NCBI GenBank assembly: GCA_965285935.1
Contig: OZ260661.1
Coordinates: 107,074,001-107,138,000, forward strand
Direction of reading: 5' to 3'
DNA: 64,000 bases
Source: Ophelia neglecta
Taxonomy: Eukaryota
Positions 24,921-38,600 of the stretch are shown piece after piece. Within the stretch, counting starts at the first letter, position 1. Each line of letters starts with the position of its first letter. Made by a program: the position numbers and the translations under genes. Under the pieces are notes generated by a model, which saw nothing but the letters and a program-made list of their open reading frames with translations, did no database searches and was not told the DNA's origin.

Positions 24921-27900
24921 CATTTATGTCTATATGGTCAAGTTACCTAATGTTAATATTAATATTATATATGCCAAGCAGATCTGATGTAAGGAGAGAT
25001 ACAGTAATGTTTCTCTGATCTATGACGCACTATAGTTTATATAAATGTAGACGCTATACGGTTATGTATCTCATACAATAACAGCCTGTTTACATCTTTT
25101 GACACAAACACCTTACGTAGGCCTATGTGTTCATTGAGGTGAGATGACGCCCAGTACTGTGGGTATTAAGGTCAAATGACTAGGCGTTAAATAGGCGGTA
25201 AACTCTTGATGATTATTAGAATATTATTATTGAAATGGTCTAGTTTGAACTAAAGAAGAGTTTTGGACAGCCATCATGCTGTAAAATAGTTCGCTCTTCT
25301 TTGCCTGCAATAACAATCAACTAACTAAATCATCTGTCACAGTCAACCTAAAACTCAGACTAAAACGGTGTGTTGGCCATCTTACAGCCACTCATGTCTC
25401 TAAACTATATGACTTTGTTATATTCTGTAGCTAGTCTTCAGTCCAACATTCTTTTAAAATAGTTTCTGTTTCCTGCAGAATATGTGGCTATCTTGTGACC
25501 AATCAGTTTATTAGCAAGAACTCACCATTTTACCAATGAGTACTTACCTTTTTAACAATAAAGCAGTTAGATTCATTTGTGGCTTCTTCCACCAAGTTGC
25601 TCATGATCTAGGGGTTGGCGTCTGGTCTCTTGCCGTATTCGATGCACCCTTTCGTATTAACTTAATTAATTTTCATCTTTATTAATTTTTCTGATTAAAG
25701 TCACCCCAGGACGTGCTACCCAGCCTTTCTCTTTGTTTATGACGAATAGACAATAAGATTATATTTTTTCTCGGTAACGCTTGTTTGTCTTTGATCGGAG
25801 GCTTTTGAAAAAAGCCACCTGCGTCCTACGCTGACAATACTGTTGTTTATTGCCATGTCGTTCCCTTGAAGCTCAGCTAATGCCCGTGGCTTCCCTTTCA
25901 GTGCATGATAACATGTAAAACGGGGCGTCCGGTGTGCCAACACCTTGTCCCTATATCCGCATGCGAAGTGCTGGAACAGGTTGTTTTTTGCTTCCTTAAT
26001 TAGGTAGGGACTTGCTGAACAAGAATTGCAATGAAACGTTTATAATCATTGTATTCGACTCACCCATTTGTAGCGCGCTAGAACAATACTTCAACAGTCC
26101 AGTGTATATATATAATAGCAATGCTTAAATATTATACCTTTTTCTGATTATCTAACAAGCGATATTTGTTTATGCAAAGCTATAGCAGGTTTCTTCAAAG
26201 TACCACAGTCATTTCTCTTGAAACACCATGTAATTATCAAATTCTGGAAAACTATTGTCTATATAGATTGCAAAATCTAAGCGGTATCACCTATTTTTAC
26301 TTGGCCTATTTTTTCATTTTTTTCCGATGATGTGTGTTAGACTTATGTACGACCAATACAATTCAAATGTATCAGTTGGATCGATATAGATATCCAATGA
26401 TGTACATTCTGTTTGAGATATTCACACTGTACACAGCAACAGACACGCCATGTTTTATTAAGTTATCATTATTCGGCTTCCATCATCGTAATTGGCTTAA
26501 TGCAAGAGTCATTAATTATGTATGACCAACCACAATCAAATTAACCTGAATGTTGAATAATAATTGTTTCGCAAGGTGTCAGTGGTGACAATGCCCTGCC
26601 TGATAAATCAACACTGGGCAGAATTTACGTTTTGGCTAGTTCCTATCATCATTAAAATGTCGTTCTTTCTTGCTACCTGTCCACTTATTGATTGAAAATG
26701 GACACTGCGAACATGATGAGGTGTCATGGATTCTAAGTGGCTCATATAAACATCAGCGTGTTTGTCCGAGCCCATTATTTGTGATACTTTGGAAATGTCA
26801 GCTGCCTCTTTCAGATGGTGGTTTTGCTTCGGTTACAACATGTAATCGATAGAGGAAGCGAGCCTATTAAAGAGGCGATTTTAATCAAATACCCCCCCCT
26901 TTGGGCGCTAAGGAGAAATACTTTCGAAAACTTGCAGTTAAACATGTCGCCAACCGGAGTGAGGAACCAAGGGAACGTCCGGTTGAGCGAGTACAAAGCT
27001 CGAGTCGAGGACCTCCCCAGGAGAATCGATGAGATGTTTAGCCGGATCGACGCCAACAGAAGGCCTCGCAGACGACAAGCCACTTGTGCTGTTCCTGTGA
27101 CGACGACTGCATAGTGCGCTACAATTCTGTGGCTGTGTACAGACAATGGTTCTCCTCGTTCTTCAGGTTCATTGATTACGGCATGATCATGAAACAGTCA
27201 CATCTTACACGTGGTGATGACCGCCTAGTTACGGATATTTAGACCTAGGTCTATTAAAGGTCTAATATATCCTACTTGTTTACCCCAGGTTACTTATGTT
27301 CGCTATAGGCCTACTATTTGACATTCATTATTAACCATTGGCCTATCTGGTCGAAACACTATCATAAAACGAGTACCATGCACTCGCCTTAGGCACATTG
27401 ACAAACAACATATTAATCATTAAATTAGCCTAGGCCTAGCCAAGTAGACAAGGGGCAATTTGTTAACACATTCTCTGCTTGATTTCAGACGATACACTTC
27501 TAAGTGCTGCAAGGTTGCTTCAATTATTTAAGTTTAACGATGTTGGATACGAATTGATTTCAACTTGGTATCAATAGGAAACTTAGAGCGCTTTCTGTCA
27601 GTATTGGAATAAAAATGGTAATTTTGCGATTCAGACCCTTAAGGACCTTGCATGCATCTGGGGTTTTACCCCATCTGAATCGGCAAAATAAGACAACGAA
27701 TTCCCCTTATTAACACCGCGACGGTTATGTGTGCACTTTCCAAATAGGCATATAAGTCACATGCAGTATATATGTATGCATGCATATACCCCATCATGCT
27801 GAATCCTGCATCCAAGTTGTTCTAATCCAACAATTATAAAGTTTTCAATAGAATGTCCACGTCCAGGTCGCGAAGTCACTCTCGTGCTAAAATGACTTTT

Positions 27901-30900
27901 TAAAGTGATTTAGCATACGAGTATACAGAAAGGTTTCTGCCTCACCAACATGTACATTTTTACCACATTTTGTGCAATGTATACCGTATATACATAGTCT
28001 ACGGGCTAATCATTGCATGTATCGATACTAGAAGAGACAGGTAGGCCTACCTGTGCCAGAAGTTCGCTACGAACTCCAGGCGTTAAACAATTATACTAAC
28101 TATTAGAGGTTGTCGAGAAAAATTGTATGCAGCTACACGAGGCTGGGGCCGCTTTTCTCTGCTCGAGCCTCACCTGACAGCTTACTTCCCGAAACCTAGC
28201 CCAGATCTATATTTACCAACAACACTCGCGCAACCAGAACACGAAACTTAAAGATTCATGTGTAATGCAACCAATTTAAAAAATCAGAGGAACTATACAT
28301 CTCTGTGGTGTATTAATACATGTCACCTAAGGCTATAGGCCCTTTTTACCGGGCGCACACACAATTGACAGTATTACCTCTATGAATTTGATATATGTAT
28401 GATAACAAGTTTGTTTAAAGTCACTCTGATGGTTGCAAGCTAGATTTATTATCTCGATGCAATGTTTTTTTTTTATATGTACGAGACAGTATAAAAAATT
28501 GAAGGCAATCTTGTAAAAAGGTAATAAAACACTAACCTTCTCATGGAGTGTCATTATTTTTGTACCAGCATGTCCGTGAATATTTGTGACAATATTTGAT
28601 ATAAAACAGTTGCCAGTGGTTATATTTTAAACGTTCTAAAAATATATAATCAAATTAGAAATTTTAGTAGATAAACGTTTGTGGTACCTAAGTATTTGTA
28701 CGGAAGAAGACAATTAATATTTGCACATCCGCAAATAATGAAATTGCGCCATCCCCTATAGGACACAGGGTTAACTCCCTAAAGTAGAAGATTAAAATCT
28801 ATAATAAATATTTTGACTCAGTTATCCTATAATAGGCCTAGATGTGGAAGATAGTTTCAAACAGCTTGAACTTAATGCCACAGGGTGAGTAGTATATTAT
28901 TTAGAACAGTTTGCCATCAGCAGATAGAGAGAACACATATTAGGACTTTATTTTGATATGAGTCCGTAAGCCCGAGGTTTATGAGTTCAGAAAAGTGCCA
29001 ATGAAAGCAGTGTTTGAATTGCATTGCATCAAACATTATAAGTTATTGTTCTGTTCTAATTAAAGTTTATTGGTTCATTTTTGCTTTTATTATTATATCA
29101 CTCTCGCTGATACAGATAAGGCCGAATCGTTACGCATAAAACATTTTTTTATACGAAAGCCGTTTTCACCCTGCAAGATGAAAGGAAACTAACAACCAAC
29201 ATTGTTTTTCAAATAGTCTGGTCTAGATTTGACTTTAGCTTAATAAATCAATTCGGCTGTAGACCAGGTCACCGAGACATGCGGCAATTTGTCCGCTTTG
29301 GGTTACGTTTGTGTGAAATTTGTGCGTTCTGTCGTTACATCCTCAGGCTAAACTCGCTCATTGCAGCACTTCCGGTTGTGTCTCAACTAGATGTTTCTGC
29401 TCCGGATCAAACGAGTCGAGCTGACTCGCCTAATGGTTTAAGTCTGCCGACATATCCGCCAAACTTCCTTAATGGTTAAAATTTGCTGACGATGATACTG
29501 TGGCTAAATGCAGTTGATATGGATCTCAAAGTGTAATGGCCATGGGAAGAGAATTAGTTAAAGGAGTTTTGCTCGTTAATCAGGACAAACGAGATCAACA
29601 TGTTTGTCAGTAACTATGTATAATGTATAAGTCAATTTTCAGGAAAAATTGATCCCAGAAGGCAACGCGTCAACCAAGGTGTGTTGATATGGCGACTAAA
29701 TCGCGAAAGGATGTCTTTTGTTTCGGATGATTAATACAATTACAAAAAGGTATCCATTTATTATAGCAATTACCATGCTTGTCACGCAGCAATTGCACGG
29801 TATTCTCTTAGCAATTTGATTGGTTGTTTGAGGCTTTTCGTGGAATTGGGCCGCTCTCGAGAGCTCGAGATTGGCCTCTTTCTTCAGTTTTCGTGGGAAG
29901 CCTGATCATGATGATAAAGCCAGTTGCCTGAGATCACGAAACTTGGCAATCAGTGAAAGATCGCAAAGGATGCAGTACAAACAGCGGTATTCAGATACAC
30001 GTGATCTCGGCAACTAGCGAACACAATGAATTATTGAGGTACTCTACATGCGCAAGCTCCATGAATACTGATACTGTTGATGGCGAACACAACAAAAGGT
30101 CATAATATGCACTATTTACTACTTTTCCATAGCCTGATAAGGCTGAATGAGGATCGTGAATCAAGCTCCTCCCAAACTGATTCGTCTTGTATTCTCGTTT
30201 ATGTAAAATATGACTGTTATTATAATAGGAACACAAAGAGCTTTATTGCGTGGTGAGTCTTGTGGAAAGTTATGAATTATGCACACCTTGCAATTGGTGA
30301 CCTTTTAGAAATATGTTGTTATCAAATTCCCCCTTGATTTTGGAAGGCTGCAACATCTAAACGAGTATTAGAAGGAGCTTTGATATTGCAATATCTCATT
30401 TATCCAGCATTCCTCCTTTTATGAGTTAAAGTTGCATCCCCACGCCATATATTTATGTAAGCAGGCCATTGTTGTCATAATATCAATGGATTGTCGCTTG
30501 TAAAAACAGTTCAATTCCAGTTAAAGTAATGATAGAGAAAACTCCAAATGAACGCCGTGTTTATAGATCCACAACATGAATTCTGTTCTGCCTTACTATA
30601 GAAGACCAAACAACTTCAACTGTACAAGTTGTCAGCCTTCAGTCGTTATTTTAAGCTGGTTTAAAGCTGTAAAGTACCGCGTTTGCCCGAGGACGCATGG
30701 AGAAACTCATTCCACCCTTCTTCTCCTGGACCTATGTTCTATTCCCAAAAGACCAACATCCATCTTGTGGACGGAATCACCTATAAACTGAATGAATTAC
30801 CCTGGCTCATGCGGACTCCACGGCATCAGGTGCGCTACTCTACCGTAGCAGACGACATTTTAAGCCTTTGGCTATTACTGCCAGTTCATTAATCATCACA

Positions 30901-33900
30901 TAGAAAGTCAATATTACAAGCTTCAGCCCACTTCGAGAGCATATGTTAGTCTCTCAATAGCTGATGAAAATCGAGCACACTGTACACGTGCAATCCGGAT
31001 AGAATTTTGCAAAGAAACATGTTTCAGTTTTAGCTGTTGTCCGTAGGCCCTTTAAATCTATCTTTAATTGTACTTCTAAAATTTAATCCCTTCTTGCGAA
31101 TTCAAGTAGACCAAACATTTAAAAAAACAGCCAAATAATTTCGTTTTCTATAACTAGATAGGTTTTTAGCCTGTCTATAATCCTTATGCTGTTTATATTT
31201 TTCATTCCACTAGCCAAAGACATATAATGAAAAGAGATGTACCTGCAGTATTGTGCAAACTAATTAATAAAGACATTATTGAGACATCACGAATATAAAA
31301 GCTTATTATGGTGCCTGCCTTTGACTGGCATAAGCTTTCTGTAAACAGCGAAAGTCGCAAAATAACCAACAATAAACTATTAATCATTCAAAACTGGGCA
31401 TAGAAAGCTCAGGATAGAGTTAACCATTTATAACGGGGCCTAGACCGATGGCATATGTTAGGGTAAATGTTATATTCTTTTCAGCTGAATAGATTCTAAT
31501 CTGGATCACAAAGCTGCTGTCATCAAAGCTTTTGCTTTCGCCTTTTACACAAACAGTATAATGGATGGTGACAAGCATAGAAGCATGGTACCGTTAATTA
31601 GGTAATTGCCATGCGCACCTGTGTTTTTCATTAGGCCACAGCAGTAATACATAAGAGTCCTTATATAATATCAATGCGATGCATATCTTTTATACAGGCA
31701 AGCCTTTGTGTGTCTTTTTTGTTTTTTTGCTTCATTTCGAACCTTTGCTCAAATCAGGGAAATCCTGTGCTTCGTCCTGTCTCCCTGAATATCACTTTTA
31801 TGTAAACAATAGCAACTATTTTGTATTACTTATACAAGTAAGAGGTGTAATTATCGATCAAAGTATTAGAACGAGTTTAATGTCATTGTTTTCTTTCTGA
31901 CTCAGACCACGAACCTCCCTGTTCCATTGTAAGAATGAGCTTGTTTAATCTTGTTTCATGGGGCCGCTTGTTTTCTGTCTATTGCCTTTCTTCAGCGTCA
32001 TGAGTGCTATGAGTACAGGCTAACATACAGGGCTGGCTACTCAATGCCAACTCGTGTGTAGTTGTCTCTAATTATCACCATAATATGCAGGCGCGCCCAT
32101 TCCTGATTTGCACTTTAATAGTCTGAGCATGCAAATTACTCAGTTCATTGCCTTATTGCGTTATTTTTTATGCTCGAGGGACAATACACACTTAGAGAGA
32201 TCACAGCCTTTAAGACCACTGCAGGCCCAACTGTTACAGACACAGACATAATCAAAGGAATTGTATTCCAATATCGTTGCCACACAAGATGCATTGTCAG
32301 AAGTGTCTTACCTGATCTGGTCTTAAATGAAACAGAATAATTACCAGGATGTCGATATATGTGTCAGCTTTGCTAGCCATATATATTATTAATTCATTGG
32401 ACTGTCAGCCTATTGAAAGGCATTTAAACAGGTCGGTTGTCTAATATATATTAATAAGTATATATGACAGACAAGTAGGCAAGAAAAAGAGTCCGAACGT
32501 GATTCATTAATTGAATATATATCTTCAGATACGAATGCCTTATTTAATAGATCCCCAATTACGCCATCATCTTGTTCGGGTAACCAGATATAACTAGATA
32601 GAAGACGAAATCTGTCCTGGTGAATCAATAAGCTATATGTTGTTACAAGACTGGTAGGCAGGAATTTGTCACCAGGTATGGTGACAAGCTAATAAAGAGA
32701 CTGTGAGCAGTCAAGCAGGTATTCACCAATCAGACCCAGAGGCTCCCAGACAGCAGGCACCCAAAGTGTTAATTTGCGATGGAGGCACAAAGCTAACAAA
32801 TTCATCAATAAACATGCATAGAAACATGCAAATCTTTTTCTGCGAGGCTTGGTATATAGGCCTAGTATTGCGTTACAATTTTTATGGTACAGCGGCCATA
32901 TTGTTTTATAAAAGCCTTAATGTGGAACACGATGAATGCGCTATACAGTCATAAGCTTCGTCACCTGGGAATGTTTAATTTTGCGTTAAAATGCTGCTCA
33001 ATCCAGTTAGAAAATGTTGCATCACGGGCGGTGCAGCAATGGAGTTGCTCAAATCACCCGTTCCACGGCACAGAGGTGCGACAATTGGGATAGACACCCT
33101 TTTAGGTATCAATATTTAACTACCTGCTTGTGCCTGAAGGTAATTGTTTTGTTTCCATAGAAGGCGATACTGAGGCCAACAACAGGCTGTGCCGGAAAAG
33201 TGCCTGGTTTCCTGAAATGGATGTGGCCCCATCCAGGCTGAGCGGTCACGGCCACCCTAACACTGTCAGACCCACATCATAACACATCGTCTGCTGATGT
33301 CGATAAGTGCGGCGAAAAAACACGCGACGGTTGATCTAATAGGTAGTTATACACAAGACTCTCCTCGTGCCGCTCACACTGGTTTTCCTATAGCAGACAC
33401 CTGATAAAAAATGCGACATATTCTGACGGGGATTATCAGATTGCTTATTCTGTGAATTACGTATGACATGCTTATCTACGCCAATGCGATCTTGTGCTGT
33501 TCAGCTTTGAATACTTGCCCTTTCCTTCTTTTAATATTAGTGCCATGCCAACATACATGATTGGGTAATGACTTTGATTGATCGCTCGGCGCTTGATGCA
33601 ATGTGCTCCCATTCCATCAAAGTGGCGTTGATTTAAGCCCAACATCCTTTGTTTTTGTCATGACAAATGACTTCAGATATTGATTTCCTAAAACTTGAAC
33701 TCAGCCCCGTTCTTGTGCATTTTAGGTTTATCTGATTTCCGCGCACAATAGATTGTTGTCCAATAGTTCAACCACCAATCTGCTATGTTCGGCAGCAACT
33801 GTTGGTGCTTGACTAGCCAAAAGGGACGATTAATTCCAAAAGATCATAGGCCTAAATCTGGTCAATTATCGATATTTTCTTTTCATTTCCACATTATAGA

Positions 33901-35470
33901 CATACGCCTACCAATTGTCAAGCATTAAAAATTCATCATTAGAAACTTCATGGTAGAAAAAGCAAGAATAAATAGAGAAGTAGGCCTAATGTGAAAACTC
34001 CCTACTCGCATCTTTCAAGTTGCAATCGATTTTTACTCAGAATCGTAAACGGCGAATATCCAACGCGCATCCGGTTATGTAATTATCAAACCAATGCACG
34101 CTTGCATATCGATATGATAATATCGCCTGCGGCTTTAGTCAGCGAGTGACTCTCGTTTTCAAAATGAACATTAAAATGGGGGGGCTTCCGTATATAAATG
34201 TACTGTTTGTCGCGTCTCCACCAGCTAGGCGGAAAGCTATTTTATTATCTTAAAACTTTTGTTGTTTATGATCGCCCCTTAATGGCCTGTTACACTATGT
34301 GTTCATTAACGCACGTGTCACTTGTTCTCGTTGAATGACTGTGCTAATCATGCTAATGTCGTCTGCTTGGTTTTGATGGGTTACCTTTATTATCTAGGAT
34401 GTATAAATAACTGTTTGCCAATAATTACATTCAGAATATACTCGAGGTTAGTTGAGACAATTCCATCCTGATCGATGAAAAACAGGTATACTGCATCGAT
34501 TCTGACTTTGTCGTCTGTTGCTGAACTAAACTTGCTCTATTGGTTCTGTATTTTGATGGCTAACGTTAGTTCTTTAATAATTCTTCCCATAATATAAATA
34601 TTTAAATTCTGAGTGTAACGACTCGGTAAATTCTTGCTGACTTGCGAAATTATGTAATGTCAAATTGTTAAATGGTATAGGCCCAGATCTTGCAGAGACG
34701 TGGTTGAAATACTTACAAACAACGAGCTCCAGCAATTTATTTGTGGACTCATTGTTTCTGAACTGGTGCCCTATAAATCCCCATACAAGTTCATTGATAA
34801 GGGTTTCGCGTGACTAGCTCTTCATGGTCAGGAGTCGATTAATTCCGGCCGTCGGTTGGCGGGGCGGTCGGGCGGTCCGCCATTTCATTTATGGGGCGAC
34901 CAGCGGCAAATTACATATCACTGCCCACTCGTTTCCCCCTCTCCCTATGTATGTCGCTTTTAATTTGTATGAATTGAAGACCTTACAATAGTGTGCGCTC
35001 TGTTAGGTTCCCATTTGAACGAAAGAAACTTTGGGCTACATGGTTACGTGCAAAATGAGAGGGATCTGACTTTAAAACAAACAGAGGTTGCTCAGGTAGA
35101 AGAGAAAACAAAACCACATCCCGATTTCGAAGACCCAAATGAAGCATCCAAGAAGCAATCGCAATATCTCCTGCATATATATTGTTTCCTTTAAAGCCCA
35201 AAGTCAAATTCAGGGGTTGTTATTGTAATTGTTATGTCATATTAGGTATCATAATGATTTTCGCAGTTTTCCGGGCAATACACAAAGTTGAGCCGAGCCT
35301 CGACTCTCGTACGGCACCCAATGCTTAAACCATTCGCTTATCGAACGATTTGTTTGTTATAGACATTACCGACGGTTATTTGTGATATATTATTCAGGCG
35401 CCTGTGGAAATATGCGATAAGTGGGCTGATGTGCATTATCAAAAGACTGGAATACTACCTGGAAAATCAG

Positions 35471-35672
35471 TAGCAAAACATCACTATATCTACTACTAAT
35501 ATTAAGACATCACTCTCTGCTACTCATATATGAGCAAAACATTACAGTCTGCTACTGTTGTGAGCACCTAACCATTACCGCCATCACCGCCTGCTACTGG
35601 CATGAGCACAAAACGATCACCGACTGCTGCTTGTCTGAGCAACAAAACATCACCGTCTGCTACTGAATGAAC
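35471..35672. repeat. Degenerate minisatellite, unit about 31 nt, about 6 copies
   Basis: Recurring GAGCAAAACATCACCGTCTGCTACT. Confidence 0.8.
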
Positions 35673-38600
35673 AATAGATATAAAAAGCTTAATATAGGAA
35701 AAAATCTAAATACTCCTTGTTTGTGTTGGATACATTTCAACACCATTCAGCTATGATCGGTACCTTTTACTGGCTTTAGAAAATGGAAGACAATTGAAAG
35801 AATTTCCCCCATATGGTGGCCATATTGAATTTTTAGGATCTTGCAATTGTCAGATTTTTTTAGCAGAGACTTTTTGTGGTATGATTAAAGTATCACTCTA
35901 ACTTGAATCAACCATTAAAGTGATCAGTTTTGGTGAATTCTGGCCGCAGTATAGGCTACACAATTATACGACATTCTGTAAAATAAACCATTTTGCATAT
36001 TAAATGCAAAGAACGTTATTGTTATTTTGCTTACATTAGTCTAAGATAACACCCCTGGCGGTAGTAAGACAACACATGAGGTTCTGACGCTGTTGTCATT
36101 GGATTTGTCTTATTATGTTTGTCCATATCTTTCACTAACGTTATTAGTTATGAAATTGATGAATCACATTACTTATCAACACAGAAATGTTCATCAACAA
36201 GCCTAGATGATGAGTTTCTATGGCTCTTAACATTATGAGGTACACATTGTGGGAAATGATGATTCCAGAATGATTTGCGCCAAATGAATGGGTGGCCTAG
36301 CTTAGGTTTATTTTCGCCTAGTCAAAATCAAAACTTCGAAGAAAGCATTAATAAGTCCCTGCCTAATGGTTACCAATAAAATGTTAGTGTGTTAGTGTAA
36401 ATGTCATCGATGTCGAAAGTCGTGCATCGAACCCGCCATGGGTTTGGCTTTCGTTAGGCAACACGCATGTCGAGAATCTGTCTCCGCTGAAACCGTCTGG
36501 TGTTTTTTGGAGATGCAAAACTTGACCTTATTCGCGTCAGACAGCAACTAACTGCTGTTCGCCTTCTTCCAGAAAGCAGTGACACCTGGCCGAGTGAACG
36601 ATTGAGCTCCCCCACGCTGCCTTTGTCATACTAGAATAAAACTACCGAGTGTGTGCACACGAACCCGAAAACAATCGAAATGCCGTCTGCGGCAAGAATT
36701 TTAAATCCCAAGGGAGGGCTCCTTAGTCTGATCTTTTGTAATGTGCAAGCTTTAAACTAACTTGTACTCACTTTAAACCGTTAATTTCATCATTTTGTTG
36801 TAATTTCCACGTCTCGTTTTAAAGGGTAACGGGACGTACGGTGCTATTAAACAAGCCATTTAGACAATGAAAATGCCTTGTTTAACTATAAAGCCTCACC
36901 ATAACCGGTAGATGAACCGAAGGTGATTATAACAGCGACCCCTTGTCAAGCGGAAAACTGTTCTAATGGAGAAAACACGTTGTCGAGCCAGTGGGGTAGG
37001 TTTCTGGCCTCTTTGACTGTGCCGGTCCTCTTTCCGGTGCTAATGGTCCGACTTGTGGGCTCATAATGACTTTCCATCACATTTCTTCGGTTTTAACCGG
37101 AGGTGACCATCACATCTGGAGCATTTTTTCATGGTCATTACTGTTAAAAATATGTGTATGCATTTTTTTGGTGGGCGGGAGTGACAAATGTTAACCAAGT
37201 GTTTCGCTACTTTTCATTGGTTTGGGTTATGACAAATACAGTAACGTTTTGAATTAAGACTACACAATTGACTGGAAAAAACTCGCTTGGATATAGAGGT
37301 CGTCTGTTTAAACAGGTTGATCTATACAGTGAAAGAAGGCTTTACGGTCTTCTTATTTTTAACAGCTACCATAATAAACGTTCGTCGTACGTCAATGGTA
37401 AGCCAACGACCTATGACATCTTTCCTGCGGTAGACTGTTGCCACTTGGCCCGGGGAATGCCTGGAGTGTTTAACCCAGAGTACCTGGGCGGTCTGTCACA
37501 TATATCTCTCACCCTGCCGCCACTCGTATCCGGGAGCACGAGAGGCACGGCCCAATCGTGGTAAAGGTCGCCCCAGAAGCACCTGCTATAGTCTCCTCCT
37601 AGCCAGATTACAGCATATCGAATGACCGTGAAGTCATTTCTTCGTATTATAGCCAAGCATACTAACGACAATAAGACGATGACTGATAACGTCATTTTGC
37701 GCATAAATGTTGCCCCTTAGAGAGCAGACGATGCCGAAATGTTTGGAAAGCACACCAGAACATTAGCGAAAAATGCTTTAGAGCCGTTTAGGTTACAAAG
37801 AGCCTCGAAATTGGCATGAGGGCCATAGAATTGTCTTCGGCCGACCTATTTTTCAAAATAACCGGCATTAAAATTGAGCACAAGAATACACTGGTTGGCT
37901 GTATTTTATTTTTAAGTTCTAGAGAAAAGAGGTTACGTGTTTGTTTTATCTACACCATTATATATATTTATATATATATATATATACATTTTTCGACTGA
38001 GAGATTTTCAAGATGATGTATATTTCAAAAATATCACTAGCTTGATATAGTCAGAGTATGCATCACTTCTTTGGTAAACGTGTCACGTATGCGTTCTATA
38101 TAGTGGATTTGTCTCGTGTTTTTGTTTGTTAAACCAGCACCAGGCAGCCATCGAATTCCCATACCTATACTTCCTGTCGAGACTTCCGGTTAACAACCTT
38201 TTAACGCCTTGAATAAGACAGTATAGTCCTATAGTTGTTGGCGGATTTGTGTGGACTGAGCGTGTGAAGGCACCACTGATAACAGATATGTTATGTATTA
38301 TATGTGAGAAGTTCCCATGTGTTTGCACTGAAAAGTAAGACTACAAGTTCAAAGTAGGGTTATATCAATAATGCTTTATCCAGATCCAGATTTATTGAGG
38401 TCCACATCCGTATAGAGTTTGTGGATGTTAAAATGATAGTGTGCTACTACTCGAGAAAAAGAGCAGCAGGATGGAGGCGTGTCGTGCGAAATGGCGCCCC
38501 GTCCGTAAGTCACGGCCGACAACGGAAACCGAACATCACATGATCACAAAACTAATGGAAGTCCCTAATTAGTCCATGCACGTCCCTTTTAACGGGGCAA

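Noticed and set aside
34991-35194. Coding-looking ORF as an eag cassette exon
   Set aside because: The best AG/GT pair (35007-35095) gives 89 nt, which breaks the frame, and there is no recognisable homology.
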